64,000 nt of DNA from Octopus vulgaris (Eukaryota). Within the stretch, counting starts at the first letter, position 1, and every line of letters starts with the position of its first letter. Of this stretch, positions 13,381-26,296 are shown piece by piece. Location of the stretch: positions 17,236,001-17,300,000 of the forward strand of contig OX597814.1 of NCBI GenBank assembly GCA_951406725.2, in the 5' to 3' direction. Made by a program: the position numbers and the translations under genes. A model generated the notes under the pieces. That model was not told where the DNA came from. It saw only the letters and a list, made by a program, of their open reading frames with translations, and ran no database searches.

Positions 13381-13965
13381 TACTAAATATTTTTCCAAAA
13401 TTGTCTCTAAATAAAAGTGTTAACACCGAGTAATAACTCTCTGCCTAAATGTTTACTTACATAAGTTTAAATTTCACAAATGTTAAACAATTAATTATCA
13501 GTTATCAATCAATGTAACCAATAAAGAAGAACCGCATCTAAATTTTCGTATTTGTTCATTTTGCCAGGGTCGATGACGCAACATAAACAGCAGTAAACAA
13601 AAGTCACACATAAACTAACACGTAAACAAAATAACAAGCTTAACCTCTTCATGTGTTAATCCGATGTGAAAATTAAACATTCTTATACAATGCCATTATA
13701 AAACTACATGCGCACACGTACACACACGCATACACACGCGCGCACACACAGTATACACTCGTACGTGAGTGTGTATATTGTCTTTTATTTAAGTGTGTAA
13801 TTTAATCCTGCATTAATTGTATTTAACTCGGTTTTGTCTTATTTAAATATATCTTCTAGGTCTCCAAATTCTCTTTGTTCCACTGTAAAGTAAACTGAAA
13901 TATGAGTGTGTGTATGTGTATGTATATTTATGTGTGTATGTATATAAGCATACCACATATACATG

Positions 13966-14011
<46 letters not shown>

Positions 14012-14013
14012 TG

Positions 14014-14128
<115 letters not shown>

Positions 14129-14150
14129 TGTATGTATATATATATATATG

Positions 14151-14194
<44 letters not shown>

Positions 14195-14814
14195 TGAAGA
14201 TATTTTTCTCCTTTACTTGATAACAATAATGCCAATAAAAATGAAAAAAGGCAATAACAATCAAGTAAAAATATTAATAAAAAGAACTGACAAAAAAAAA
14301 GACATTTTAAATAAACACATAGAAGAAATAATAAGCGAAACGCTGAAGGACAGAAAGTGTCAACTGTGAACGCGTAAGGTCGCTTCCCACAACGAGTACT
14401 GGCTGTCATAACATGTTTTTGGCAGTTGAAGCCAGAAGCAAGGTCGTGTTGAGATTCTGACTGTGTTTAAGTACTTGGAGTGTCCTTTGTGTCAGAAGAA
14501 TGACTGCGGGTTGCAATGCAATGCCGAGGTCAGTTTGCCTCTGAGTATCCATTAGAGAATTAGTGCTTAGCTACGTCCCACACCTACCTTTTCTACTGCT
14601 GATATAGCGCTAGCTTGGAGATCATATTATTGTTGATCTGATGATTCTTGTTGTTGTTGGTGGTGGTTGTTGGTTGTTGTTGTTGTTGTTGTTGTTGTTG
14701 TCGTCGACGACAGTGTTAAAGTATAATGGAAGTGGATATATTTGTGCTGGGGCTTCTGTTTCTTCCGATAGTAGTAAGAATTGCTGCTGTTATTGCTTTT
14801 GTTGTTGTTGTTGC

Positions 14815-14910
14815 GGTGGTGGTGGTGGTGGGGAAATGTTGGTGGTGGTGGGGGGGAATGTTGGTGGTGGGGGGGGAATGTTGGTGGTGGGGGGGGGGGG
14901 AAATGTTGGT
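14815..14910 (+). repeat. G-rich minisatellite (GGTGGTGGGGGGGAATGTT)-like x4
   Basis: Directly visible tandem units with long G runs. Confidence 0.9.
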
Positions 14911-15278
14911 GATGCTGAAGTTTGTGGGGGCGATGTTGAGTAGGTGAGCAACATCGCAAACATTAAGGTTAAAGGGAGAAGTCACAATAACAACAGCAAA
15001 GTGCGATAATAATAATAATAATAATAATAATAATATGAGAAGAAGAAGAAAAAAGAAGAAGAAGAAAAAGAAGAAGAAGAAGAAGAAGAAGAAGAAGAAG
15101 AAGAAGAAGAAGAAGAAGAAGAAGAAGAATATAGAGCTGCAATAAATAGAATAACAATGATGTCAAAAGAATTTACCCTAGCAATTGACACTATCGTAAT
15201 TACACAAGGAAAAGAAAAATTGTATGGAAGATCATAATGCTACTGATGCTGCTACTACAAAGCTGCTGCTGCTTCTAC

Positions 15279-15319
<41 letters not shown>

Positions 15320-15378
15320 ACAATTTCTACGAAACATCTAATTATTTTTACCAAAACTTTATACATATAGGTGTGTGT

Positions 15379-15447
<69 letters not shown>

Positions 15448-15979
15448 CACTTTGCAGCGATTCTTTTCAAATTCTGAAATTAAGAATACGCATATACCAA
15501 TTTTAGTATACTGATTTTAACTTCTATATCACTCTTCCAGATGGGTGTCCATATGTATTCGAGATGACGAATCTGTTATTTCGTATCCACAGCTTAAAAC
15601 TGTAAGCAATTTCTTTCACCAAAATGATTGATGTGGATTAGATATTATAATTACCAATATAAAAACAATGTTTGCTAAAACATATGGATTTAAACATCGC
15701 TTCAGAGCAACGACCTTAGTCGCAATCGTTAAGCAATTTGTCTTCAATTTTCGTAAATGGTGGTATCAGTAAACGTGCTAGACAAAATGTATTGTGCTAT
15801 TGGTTATTTCTACTTAGCTTCTATTTTCAAACCCTACGTACGTATGCTTTGAAATTTATCTTTGCGGGCCGATATGTCAAGTACCATTAGGGCTTAATAA
15901 TTTAATACACTATCGAATACGCTGTACTGGCATGTAAGCGCCCAAGTATTGGGGTTATCAAAAGAATATGCTATATGTT

Positions 15980-16212
15980 TATTTCTTTACTACCCACAAG
16001 GAGCTAAACACAGAAGAGACAAACAAGGACAGACAAACAGATTAAGTCGATTATATCGACCCCAGTGCGTAACTGCTACTTATTTAATCGACCCCAAAAG
16101 GATCAAAGGCAAAGTCGACCTCAGCGGAATTTGAACTCAGAACGTAGCTGCAGACGAAATATTGCTAGGCATTTCACCCGGCATGCTAACGTTTCTGCCA
16201 GCTCGCCACCTT
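15980..16212 (-). mobile_element. SINE family A monomer with TSD
   Basis: Flanked by AGAATATGCTATATGTT (15963-15979) and AGAATATACTGTATGTT (16213-16229). Confidence 0.92.
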
Positions 16213-16419
16213 AGAATATACTGTATGTTATTAATTTCAATGTAGACGAAGCAAAATAAACACTAAAATATTATTACCTCTAAAACTCTAAGAGGAATTT
16301 AATAGACATTGAATTGATTAAGTAATATGATGTGACTCGGATGGCAGTTGAAAAGGCATCTGACCTTCTTGCATATATACAGCAGTCATACGTCCTAATC
16401 TAGGTAAGCTGAAACGATG

Positions 16420-17190
16420 CTGAACAAAATTATTCAGCCGAGAGAGAGATTATGGAACTCCTGCAATGGAGTTCCAGCATAACTCCAAGTAAGAAAGCAA
16501 AATACTTGAAACCAGGGATAAAAAGAAACAACTGATACAATTCGTAACAGTATATAAATTCTTATACTGCGTGAAGTTTTCTATGAGAAGGTAGGCTATA
16601 ATTTCATCGAGTTCACCATCTTGCCAACATGCACCTTAGTAAATATCCGATGCAAATTATTATAAATGTTCAACTTTCATTCCAGTAACACAGAATAAAT
16701 CTAGACATTGCGACTTGGCAACTCCTGGGAATATTTTAAACTTTATCCAACCATATATCTTCCACATGTAATCGAGATAACCATGAAGCTAACACTGATA
16801 TCACGTACACTAACCTTGGAAATGTCATCCAATGAAGACATGCTAATTTTGTACTTTTCATATCAATTGAACCTCATCGTGTCACAACTCCTTTAACATG
16901 GACAGCACACAACTGGAGCTCTCACTATTGCGTCTAATTTTAGGATTATCTCACCTGCAGATAGAACATCCGTAATATAGAAGGGCCGCATGGCTAACGC
17001 TACTCCTTGCTTTCAAGTCAGGAAATACTTCACCTGCAATTACTGACATTCTTCAAAGTTCATATGGGGCCCACAGCGGAATATTGATCGTACATCTGCT
17101 CACACATACATTCTAGAATACATAAGAGGTAAAACCAGTTGAATAATTTGCATAAAATCACTCACAGTCACACTCCAACTTCCAATATTT
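16420..17190 (-). mobile_element. Very old RTE-like APE endonuclease remnant
   Basis: Starts NIGSWSV (cf. IGSWNVR) and contains WQDGELDEIIAYLLI (cf. TW...NQIDYILI); many stops. Confidence 0.4.
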
Positions 17191-17230
17191 TAATGGCCCT
17201 TGCTCCTCAGAGGTATGATTTCTCATAATA

Positions 17231-17461
17231 AAGGCGGCGAGCTGGCAGAAACGTTAGCACGCCGGGCGAAATGCTTAGCGGTATTTCGTCTGCGTTACGT
17301 TCTGAGTTCAAATTCCGCCGAGGTCGACTTTGCCTTTCATCCTTTCGGGGTCGATAAATTAAGTACCAGTTACGCACTGGAGTCGATGTAATCGACTTAA
17401 TACCTATGTCTGTCCTTGTTTGTCCCCTCTGTGTTTAGCCCCTTGTGGGTAATAAAGAAAT
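17231..17461 (+). mobile_element. SINE family A monomer, young, perfect 20-bp TSD
   Basis: AGGTATGATTTCTCATAATA at 17211-17230 and 17462-17481. Confidence 0.95.
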
Positions 17462-17900
17462 AGGTATGATTTCTCATAATATCCCACTTACGCATATCCG
17501 ATTCAATCTTTTCTCCTTTTTTTTTTCTCCACCAACCCGGACCTAATACGCCACGCCCCACTGCTTCCTATCTAGAATATCACCACTTTGTTGATGACTT
17601 GATAGAGTTTGCGGAATATGAATTGTATTAATCACACCGACCTAAGCGGTGAGGGAAATTTTAAAACATCCATAGGCAATGCCTAGTTCTTTAAATAAGT
17701 GTCATTCTGGTGTGTGCATGTGCATATCCATGTGTATGTGTGCACTTACACACACACATTCACGCACACCAATACGATTATTTTGTATTTGCTTCATAAT
17801 GGTCGCGTTACCGTGTTACCTTGGACAAAGGTCTGATGACTTTATGTCGGTTATACTAGGCAGACAGAAATTGCACAGAAGCCCATCAGTAACTATAATA

Positions 17901-18331
17901 TATTTCTTTACTACCCACAAGGGGCTAAACATAGAGGGGACAAACAAGGACAGACAAAGGGATTAAGTCGATTACATCGACTTCAGTGCGTAACTGGTAC
18001 TTAATTTATCGACCCCGAAACGAGGAAAGGCAAAGTCGACCTCGGCGGAATTTGAACTCAGAACGTAGCGGCAGACGAAATACCTGTTTCTTTACTACCT
18101 ATTTCTTTATTACCCACAAGGGCTAAACACAGAAGGGACAAACAAGGATAGACAAACGGATTAAGTCGATTATATCGACCCCAGTGCGTAACTGGTACTT
18201 AATTTATCGACCTCGAAAGGATGAAAGGCAAAGTCGACCTCGGCGGAATTTGAACTCAGAACGCAGCGGCGGACGAAATACCACAAAGCATTTCGCCCGG
18301 CGTGCTAACGATTCTGCCAGCTCGCCGCCTT
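17901..18331 (-). mobile_element. SINE family A dimer (head-body-tail-body-tail)
   Basis: Two tandem units; degenerate TSD ATCAGTAA.TATA on both sides. Confidence 0.92.
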
Positions 18332-18433
18332 ATCAGTAAATATAGAATTAATTTGCCCAACGTTTGATGCATTGGATCGAACACGGAACCACGTTATTAC
18401 GGAGTGAACTTCTTCACTAAAACGTGTAACCTC

Positions 18434-18472
<39 letters not shown>

Positions 18473-19780
18473 GTTTCATGAGTGAGTCTATGTATGTGTT
18501 TGTTGGTGTCAGTGTACTTGTACATTTGTAACAATAACTGTAATGAATAGTACAACCAGAAATTCATACATTTCAAAGGTTTACATTTTCATTGTTTCTG
18601 TCCTCTCACTTCTCTTTTCTTCTCCTCCTCTCCCTTTCCTTTCCTTCTACCTTTCTTTTTTTTCTTTCCACTTCATAACATTTGAATAAATGACAGCAGA
18701 CACCTGGTTAAAATGATTTGTTTATTTAACTTCAAATTATTCACTTACTCCTCGCACCCGATATCATCAACGACAAGGACTCAGTCTGTGTTACCTTCAT
18801 ATATATATGTATTGTTACTAGCTAGCGTATTCCAATATCATTCAATAGACTCACAATATTATATATTCTTTTATCAGTAGCTTTTTTTTTTTTCTTTTTA
18901 CTCCATCTACGAAATAAACTACTTGTTCTCCTTAACTGATCTGTGACTTGATCTGCTCATGAAACACTAAACAAGAGTTGCTGTAGCCAGGACATTTCGT
19001 GAGGAGAAAGAGAAGAAAGAAAGAAAGGAAGGAAGGAAGAAAGAAACAGAAGAAGAAGAAGAAGTCTCCTAAAATAACTGTTGCTGTTAAGAGTGAGGGT
19101 AAGGGAGAGCAGAATACCTTAAGGAGAGTACAGGAAATATAAAAGGGTTTAATCACAACTTCAGATAGACAGCGAGATAAACTAATTTCAGTAATTTAGT
19201 TTCTCCCGCTGTTTAGATAGGTTTTGGAGTCGGTTGAGGCTTTGTAAACCCAACCCGCAAAATGCTCAAGATTAAATGTATCAAGATATTTTTTTTTTAA
19301 ATAAAATCTTATTGTATTGTCAATTCGTAACCAAACAAATACCAGTGTATTCCACAACAAAAGGAGAGTACTTGAAGGACATGGCGGTTCGGGTTTTTAA
19401 TTTTTTTTTTGTACGTATTTGTTTAGGGTTGTGAATAGGCAAGAAAATTACTCCTGACAATAAATACAAAAGAATAATGTCAATCGGAAGTTGTCGCCTT
19501 CCTTTTCAAATTTTTGTACGCAGACGAAAAAAAAAAAAAAAAAAAAGAATTGAAAATGGGAGATAAGTGTCGTCGATTGTAATGAAATACATATTCAGAA
19601 ACAAGAAAAGTTATTAGATGCAAACTTGAGTTTCGAAACAATTTTCCATAGGACATGAATTATACAATTTAAATTCATTTTGTATTTTGCATTCTTTGCT
19701 ATCTAAAACATACATTACACGCCTAAATTTACATATATGCATATACATACATGTGTACACACACACACATACACACACAT

Positions 19781-19822
<42 letters not shown>

Positions 19823-19829
19823 TAACTTT

Positions 19830-20065
19830 AGCCTGTCTCGGTCATTGGATTGCGGCCTTGCTGGTGCATCACCTTGAAACGTTTAGTCGAACACATCGAC
19901 TCCAATACTTTTTTCTAAAGTCTGACAATTACTCTTTGGGGCTCTTTCCTTGAACAGCTAATTGGCGAGGACATGAACAAACCAATACTGGGTGGTTCGA
20001 GACAAACTCATACACAAAATCACACACATAATCGATGGGCTTCTTTCAGTCACTCTCTAACAAAT
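19830..20065 (-). mobile_element. Diverged SINE family B fragment
   Basis: GTCATT.GA.TGCGGCC.TGCTGG.GCA.C.CC and GGGCTTCTTTCAGT motifs. Confidence 0.7.
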
Positions 20066-20089
20066 CTACTCATTTAGACTTGTTATAAA

Positions 20090-21005
20090 ACACTGCAACT
20101 TTGTCGGTTTGTTAAAGCAACCCTGATACGGCCTTCGTGGAGCGCTGTTATCTCGAATGACAACCTTAAACTGATTGGTGTCAGCATTTTTACCTTGAAG
20201 AGTTGCTTTGAAAATGGTTACGTAGGAGTTTATGGTATGAAGCATATATTGAAGGGGCTGCAAAAGAGATGGTCTCGTACCTGGAGCAACTGAAGCGCTT
20301 CGTGCAATTTCCTCAGGTCCGTTCCCATAAAGTAAATCTGGGGGAAAGCTGTTCTCATTGCCATCTTGTAGAATAAGGGAGCCAATTTCGTGGTAAATTT
20401 GGCCTTGTACTTTCAGGGTGAGCATATATTTTCCATCTCTTATTGGTGTGTGTTCAAAGATTGTCATTTTGAATGCGGAATTGTAGGCTTTTATACTCTG
20501 AATATAAAGTGTTTAGAATCTCGATAGTCTCTGAGCAGCAGAGACTTCAAAGGTTCGGCACCGACTTGTAAATGAGGCAAGCTAACCGTTCCATTAGAGC
20601 AGCATATACCGGTAGATTCTGCTGGCCACCACCATTGCATTACAATGGACGCAAACTGTAGACATGTTACCAATGATGATACATGGGTGTGATGCGTAGT
20701 CCGCATGCGGGGGGGGGGGGGGGGGTTATAATGAAAGGCTTTGTTAGGCCAGTAACATGAAGAAACCCTTGAAAAGACATGAGAACGCATTTTTCGTTGA
20801 GAATCAGTCCCAAGCCTTGTGACCTTTTGGTCATCAACAGTCTCTAAACCACGGCTATTTCGAGTAGAGGCAGTATCGCGAGCACGCCGGAGTTCTGCTT
20901 GTTCAGCTGTCTGTGATGCTCTGGTGACTGTAGCAGAAAGAGCATTGCGAGCACGCCGAAGCACACATTGGCCTTCTGTCTCTCGCTTTCCCGCAAGGAA
21001 CGCAA
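20090..21005 (-). mobile_element. Helitron Rep/helicase N-terminal region (pseudogenised)
   Basis: WPAESTGICCSNGTVSLP...EPLKSLL...SKHF; LKVQGQIYHEIGSL; LQYMLHTINSYVTIFK; FKVVIRD...GCFNKPT, the hallmark Helitron motifs (CC.NGKV.LP, F.IQGQ.YH.IGSL, RYN.PT) with frameshifts. Confidence 0.9.
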
Positions 21006-21042
21006 AACAGAAGCATTTTTTTTGTTTTTCAGCCAATGTGAT

Positions 21043-21454
21043 TACTCTTTTTACTCTTTTACTTGTTTCAGTCATTTGACTGCGGCCATGCTGGAGCACC
21101 GCCTTTAGTCGAGCAAATCGACCCCGGGACTTAATCTTTGTAAGCCCAGTACTTATTTTATCGGTCTCTTTTGCCGAACCGCTAAGTGACGGGGACGTAA
21201 ACACACCAGCATCGGTTGTCAATCAATGCTAGGGGGACAAACACAGACACACAAACATATTCACACACACACATACAGATATATACATATATACGACAGG
21301 CTTCTTTCAGTTTCCGTCTACCAAATCCACTCACAAGGCATTGGTCGGCCCGGGGCTATAGCAGAAGACACTTGCCCAAGATGCCACGCAGTGGGCCTGA
21401 ACCCGGAACCATGCGGTTGGTTAGCAAGCTACTTACCACACAGCCACTCTTGCC
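21043..21454 (-). mobile_element. SINE family B, full length
   Basis: Reverse-complement match to 11906-12320. Confidence 0.92.
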
Positions 21455-22190
21455 TTTTTTGAGGCATCCTATCGAAAATCTTTAATTGAATGCAAACCAG
21501 AAAACTTCAAATGGGATATAGGGTTCTGCAGAATGTGATGTTGACCGGATGATGAATAAGCTACCAGAAAATTCGTAAAGATGATAAGAAGAATTTGCCA
21601 AAATATCGTTCAATTATGCTTACTGATAAAAAAAAATAATAACTCGTAATTTGAAATGTTGATACTAATATTCCTTCTTTATGAAATGGAATTAAAGAAT
21701 AAATAATGGGCACGTACATGTCAAATCAAGTGAGTCACGCAAAAATCGAAAAAAACAGCTCATTTTTTGTCTTATATAAGAAACAGTTACCTAAAGTTTT
21801 AGATATTTGTCACCTGAATTTCCACGTTCAATTAGCAATCAATTTATTGTTTTCTACTGTCAATTGAATTTTGCTGTGAGAAAATATTCACAGAGTTGAT
21901 TGATCGCCTATTAGTGCTATTTATTCGTTAAAGTTAATATTTTATTTCAGTTTTACTTATTCAAAATAATTGTCTTGTTTCCTTACTCTTTGGTGTCAGC
22001 TTATTTATTAAACACAGAATGAAATGCCTACATGCGCGGGTTCGATTACCGTTCATTCTAGAATGATATCGATTTTTACTGCAATCACATATGATCTTTC
22101 GAGAAATTTAACTGGTGCAACTACTGTGAAGTCTTTTACCTATGTGTAAAATTTCAGCGCAATCAGTGGGAAAATATGGCTTCTATAATC

Positions 22191-22221
<31 letters not shown>

Positions 22222-22289
22222 ACGGGATTTATATAATAGCTATGTGTGTGTGTATACACGCGTATATATATATATGTATATATATATAT

Positions 22290-22324
<35 letters not shown>

Positions 22325-23280
22325 TATAGATAGATAGATATACACACACAGAGGCAAACACATACGGGTATACACACACTCTCTCTCTCTCACACACACA
22401 CATGAATTGTACTGAAAATTTGCTGTTTATTCTTGTAGTGCTTTGTACATCCAACAGTAATTAATAGTAGAGGAAAAATGATTTTGGGCTTTACAATGCT
22501 TCGATTCAGGGAGTAAGTCAACCATATTGAAATATCTAGAGTGAGAACAATATATAGCTATAGGGACAACATGTATGTAACTATAAGGACAAAATTAAGT
22601 CAAGTGTTCAAGCACCTACTTCATTATCTTCCTCAGCATGAGCTTTTTTTTTTCCATACCTATAGAACGGTTTCCGAAAGTGTAAATCCTTAGACCGGAA
22701 GTAATATTCTGATAAACACAAACATGACAGTTATTCAAACGAAAGATTAACCTTCATCCATATTTATTCTATAATGTATTTTCCTTCTGTTTTTTTTTTT
22801 TTATGTATTCAAGAACGGATGTCTTTAAAAATAAAGAAAAAACACAATACATTGCTGTATATATATTTTCGAGAAAATGCCGTCGAAACAGATTTCATTT
22901 TAAAGATAGGTTTCGCGTTAGATTTCCACCTCACGGCAAAGCATTCAAAAATGCAAAATTTCTGAAAAGCAGAGGATGACTGTATACAGTATTTCCAAAA
23001 GTCTTCTTTAAAATCACAATGTTTAAGTTAGATGTGTAATTAATGGGATTGTTCGAGTTCCTTAGTGCATATTTAACGACCTGGAAAGATAAAAACTAAC
23101 AGCAGCTTCATAGAAATTAGCATTCACAGCGTAAAGTGGCATAACTTAAGTTATTTACGCACAATATATTTGAATGTATATATATATGCATACGTATTTG
23201 TGTGCACGCGCACGAGACTATGTATTTATATGTATGCATATATGGATATGTGTGTGTGGGTATGTATATATATATATATA

Positions 23281-23560
23281 TACGGAGAATTCACAAAAAA
23301 AACAAAAGACGAAGACAGGTGGTGTAGACAACAAATAGATGTATTAGTATAAAGCTCGGGAAATGAAAAAGTCTTTAACGTTTCAAGCCTACGCTCTTCC
23401 ATAGAAAGAAACACAGAAAGAAACAAGGAGAGAAAATAAAGAATGCGTAGTGGCTAGCGATCTATCATGGCGAATCCCGGACAGAAGGGTCACACAGGGG
23501 AGCTAAGGAGAAGGAGGGATAACAAAGTGGTGGTGATCCCAAAACGAAGGTGCGCGTGCG
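23281..23560 (-). mobile_element. (TA)n-embedded short retroelement (Penelope pLTR-like) with degenerate hammerhead at 23372-23409
   Basis: Homologous to 53095-53290 and 26861-27066; longest 5' extension of the family. Confidence 0.8.
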
Positions 23561-23584
23561 TATATATATATATATATATATATA

Positions 23585-24196
23585 TGAAGTCTGATCAATA
23601 AGTATCCGGACGGTTGCTATAATAACGAACTTAAAGCACACAGAGGGAAGCCATTGGGCACAGATTGACCTGAAACTAAGTTTTAACGTTCTAGCTCACT
23701 TCCACTGTTTACAGCAGTGCTTGGAAGAAAGGTGTGTAGCATGCGATCGTCGCATTAAGATTTACAGAGAAAAATGTCATGGCCTAGGCTAAGTTGGAGA
23801 AAATGTATGGAGAGGTGTGTATCAGCCGCACACAACTGTTCGAGGGGTACAGACATTTCCATGATGCCCGAAAAAATGTCAGTATCGATGACCCGCAACC
23901 AGCAGAACTGAGAAAAATATCGCATTTGTGAGGGGAAATTGTCAAATCACCAACCGTGAGTTCTCAGAGGATGTGCAGATTAGTTACGGTTCAGTTCAGT
24001 CCATTATCACTGAAGATGTTGTGGATGAGGCGCGTATCTGCCAAGTTTGTGAGAAAACTGCTTTCAGCTGACCAGAAGTATACTCGGAGTTTCAGTTGCG
24101 CAAGATCTTGATTGTATCGAGAACGATGAAAATTTTTGAAAACTTTGCCTAGGCCGCTGAGCAGGTATCACCAAGCTTTTCACAAAATTTAATGCT
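23585..24196 (+). mobile_element. Tc1/mariner internally deleted derivative
   Basis: TA then TGAAGTCTGATCAATAAGTATCCGG TIR-like start; KMYGEVCISRTQLFE, EFSEDVQISYGSVQSIITED and MRRVSAKFVRKLLSADQK match the mariner HTH and WVP linker region. Confidence 0.85.
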
Positions 24197-24199
24197 TTT

Positions 24200-24522
24200 T
24201 GGGCAAATCTCTTCTACTGTAGCATTGGGGCGACCAAAGCCTTATGGATGGATTTGTTAGACATAGAAACTGAAAGAAACCTGCCATATACATATATGTA
24301 TATATTCGTGTGTTTGGTGTCTGTGTTTGTCCCTCCACCATCACTTGACAACCGATGTTGGTGGGTTTACGTTCCCCGTAACTTAGCGGTTCGGCAAAAG
24401 TCCCGATATAATGAGTACCAGGTTTACAAAGAATAAGTCCAGATGTCGATTTCTTCGGCAAAAAAGGCGGTGCTCCAGCATGACCACAGTCAAAATGACT
24501 AAAATAAGTAATAGTATAAAGG
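24200..24522 (+). mobile_element. SINE family B, 5'-truncated and diverged
   Basis: TTGGGCAA...GAAACTGAAAGAA...GGCGGTGCTCCAGCATG. Confidence 0.88.
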
Positions 24523-24638
24523 AATATATATATATATATATATATATACTCCTTCTTCCATTTTCCTGAGCGCCTAATAATAATAATACTGTAATTGTTC
24601 CACGTGTTGTTGTTTCTTCTGTTTTCCCGTTTGGATTA

Positions 24639-24684
<46 letters not shown>

Positions 24685-24766
24685 ACAATTGCAGCGTGGA
24701 AGGTGTTTGTAAGCCATTTAAGAAACACACAAAAGCCGTTCGATCCACTTCAACATTTAAGTTTAA

Positions 24767-24817
24767 TTTGTCAAAATATTTTCGTCGCTTTAAGACCGCG
24801 ACCTGTTCACTGACAAA
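24767..24817 (-). ncRNA. Putative minimal type-I hammerhead ribozyme with G3/C8 core
   Basis: Minus strand: UUUGUCA GUGAACA G GUCGC GGUCUUAAA GCGAC GAAA AUAU U U UGACAAA; 7-bp stem I, 5-bp stem II, palindromic stem III. Confidence 0.7.
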
Positions 24818-25849
24818 AATCCGTGCTGCATTATATATTATAATGGAATAATTACTATGAAGCATTGTGTAGAATATATTGTATAAAAGATGGTGAGTAA
24901 TGTGAAGTAAATGGAAGGTAAATCACAAGAATATACAGAAATGTCTCAGAAATCAGGCTAAATTAGTTCTAAAGATTCACTTTCAGTCGAGACAGTGATA
25001 TAATATATACAATTCTAAAATATTACACTTACATACCAGCCTTAGTGTAATATCTTTTATGAAACTATTTATATTAATACTATATCTTTGTACAGGAAAA
25101 ATAAATCTGATTTGTTCTCTTATATTACATTCTTATTTGCTTGATATTTAAACTAAATCTAATTTCATTGCATGTATGTGTAAGTGTATAAAGAAGAGCA
25201 TAAGAATATGTATGAAAATGTGTGTATGTGTGTGTGTGTGTGTGTGGATGTGTAGATTGTTATAGCTTTATGGGGGGACATCACACATATACAGCCTCAC
25301 AGATAAACGCAGAAGCTTCGAAATACAAATTGAAATGTACAAATAAAACGAACGATTCGGCTCACTGAAAACAAGGATCAGTTTACATAGCTCCCCTGCG
25401 GGTGACCTTTATGTATAATGACAGTCTCAAGCTAGTGACCCAAAACCTTAAAGAAAGACGCAGTAGGGTGTTTATGGCCATCAGTGACCATCTCACTTGT
25501 TGACACCATAGAAAACAGTAAATTAAATTTTCTTGTCAATTGGGAATAAGACACTGTCAGGGAAACACACCTTAACTATTCAGTACATTGTGACACATAG
25601 GCACTGGTTTTTTGTCAATGGTAGTAAACATTTTAAGAGTGATCTAATTACACAGATTTATGTGACAGCTTTAAGGTTAAAGATGATGCTAAATGTAAAT
25701 TAACGCTTAAATTTTCTCTAATAACGAAGTCAAAAAGAAATAATTTCAGTTAGACGAACAATAATGGAGGAAGTAAACAAATAAATGGAATGAATACCTA
25801 CATGAATATGCTGTTGAATTAGGAGTATTCATGCCTGTCTAAAAGGAAT

Positions 25850-26076
25850 GACCATTTAGCTTTCAGATTGCTCCGTCAAATGTAATGCTTATTTATTCAA
25901 ATTGTTTTGAATTAGTCAAGCATTATTTTGTATCGTTGAGATTTTGATGAGGCAACTGATAATTTTTTTTTAGAATGACATTGTAGGGTAGGTGTGAGAA
26001 ACCAGAACTAGCCAGTTTGAACTTAAAACAAATGGGATATTTGGGCCGGATATCGCCGGTTTAAGAGCTGAGATAA
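25850..26076. mobile_element. Diverged piggyBac-like (TTAA) MITE
   Basis: Ends resemble CCTTTAGCATT...AATGCTAAAGG-type TIRs (ACCATTTAGCTTTC / AAGAGCTGAGAT); internal GCCGGATATCGCCGGTTT motif. Confidence 0.5.
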
Positions 26077-26174
26077 TATATATTTTTAAAAAATATAGGA
26101 TTTAAACTATTGTTCGTTAAGAAATGTTAAATTACAACGAATTATACTAACGTATTAGAGCAACATATCAATGT

Positions 26175-26296
26175 TGTTGGCATCCTTTTTGTCTCGGGAG
26201 ACAATGGAGTTGCGCATAAAGTAGTCTAGTCCGGCTTTTACATTTCATGTCCTGATACATTTCCTGCTGTGGCTGTGTAGTCCTAACTGAAGACGT
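26175..26296 (-). mobile_element. RTE-clade LINE 3' end
   Basis: Encodes LGLHSHSRKC* (RTE C-terminal SRIGL.SH.R.C); 3' UTR CCATTGTCTCCCGAGACAAAAAGGATGCCAACAAC with GTCTC/GAGAC hairpin and CAA tail. Confidence 0.85.
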
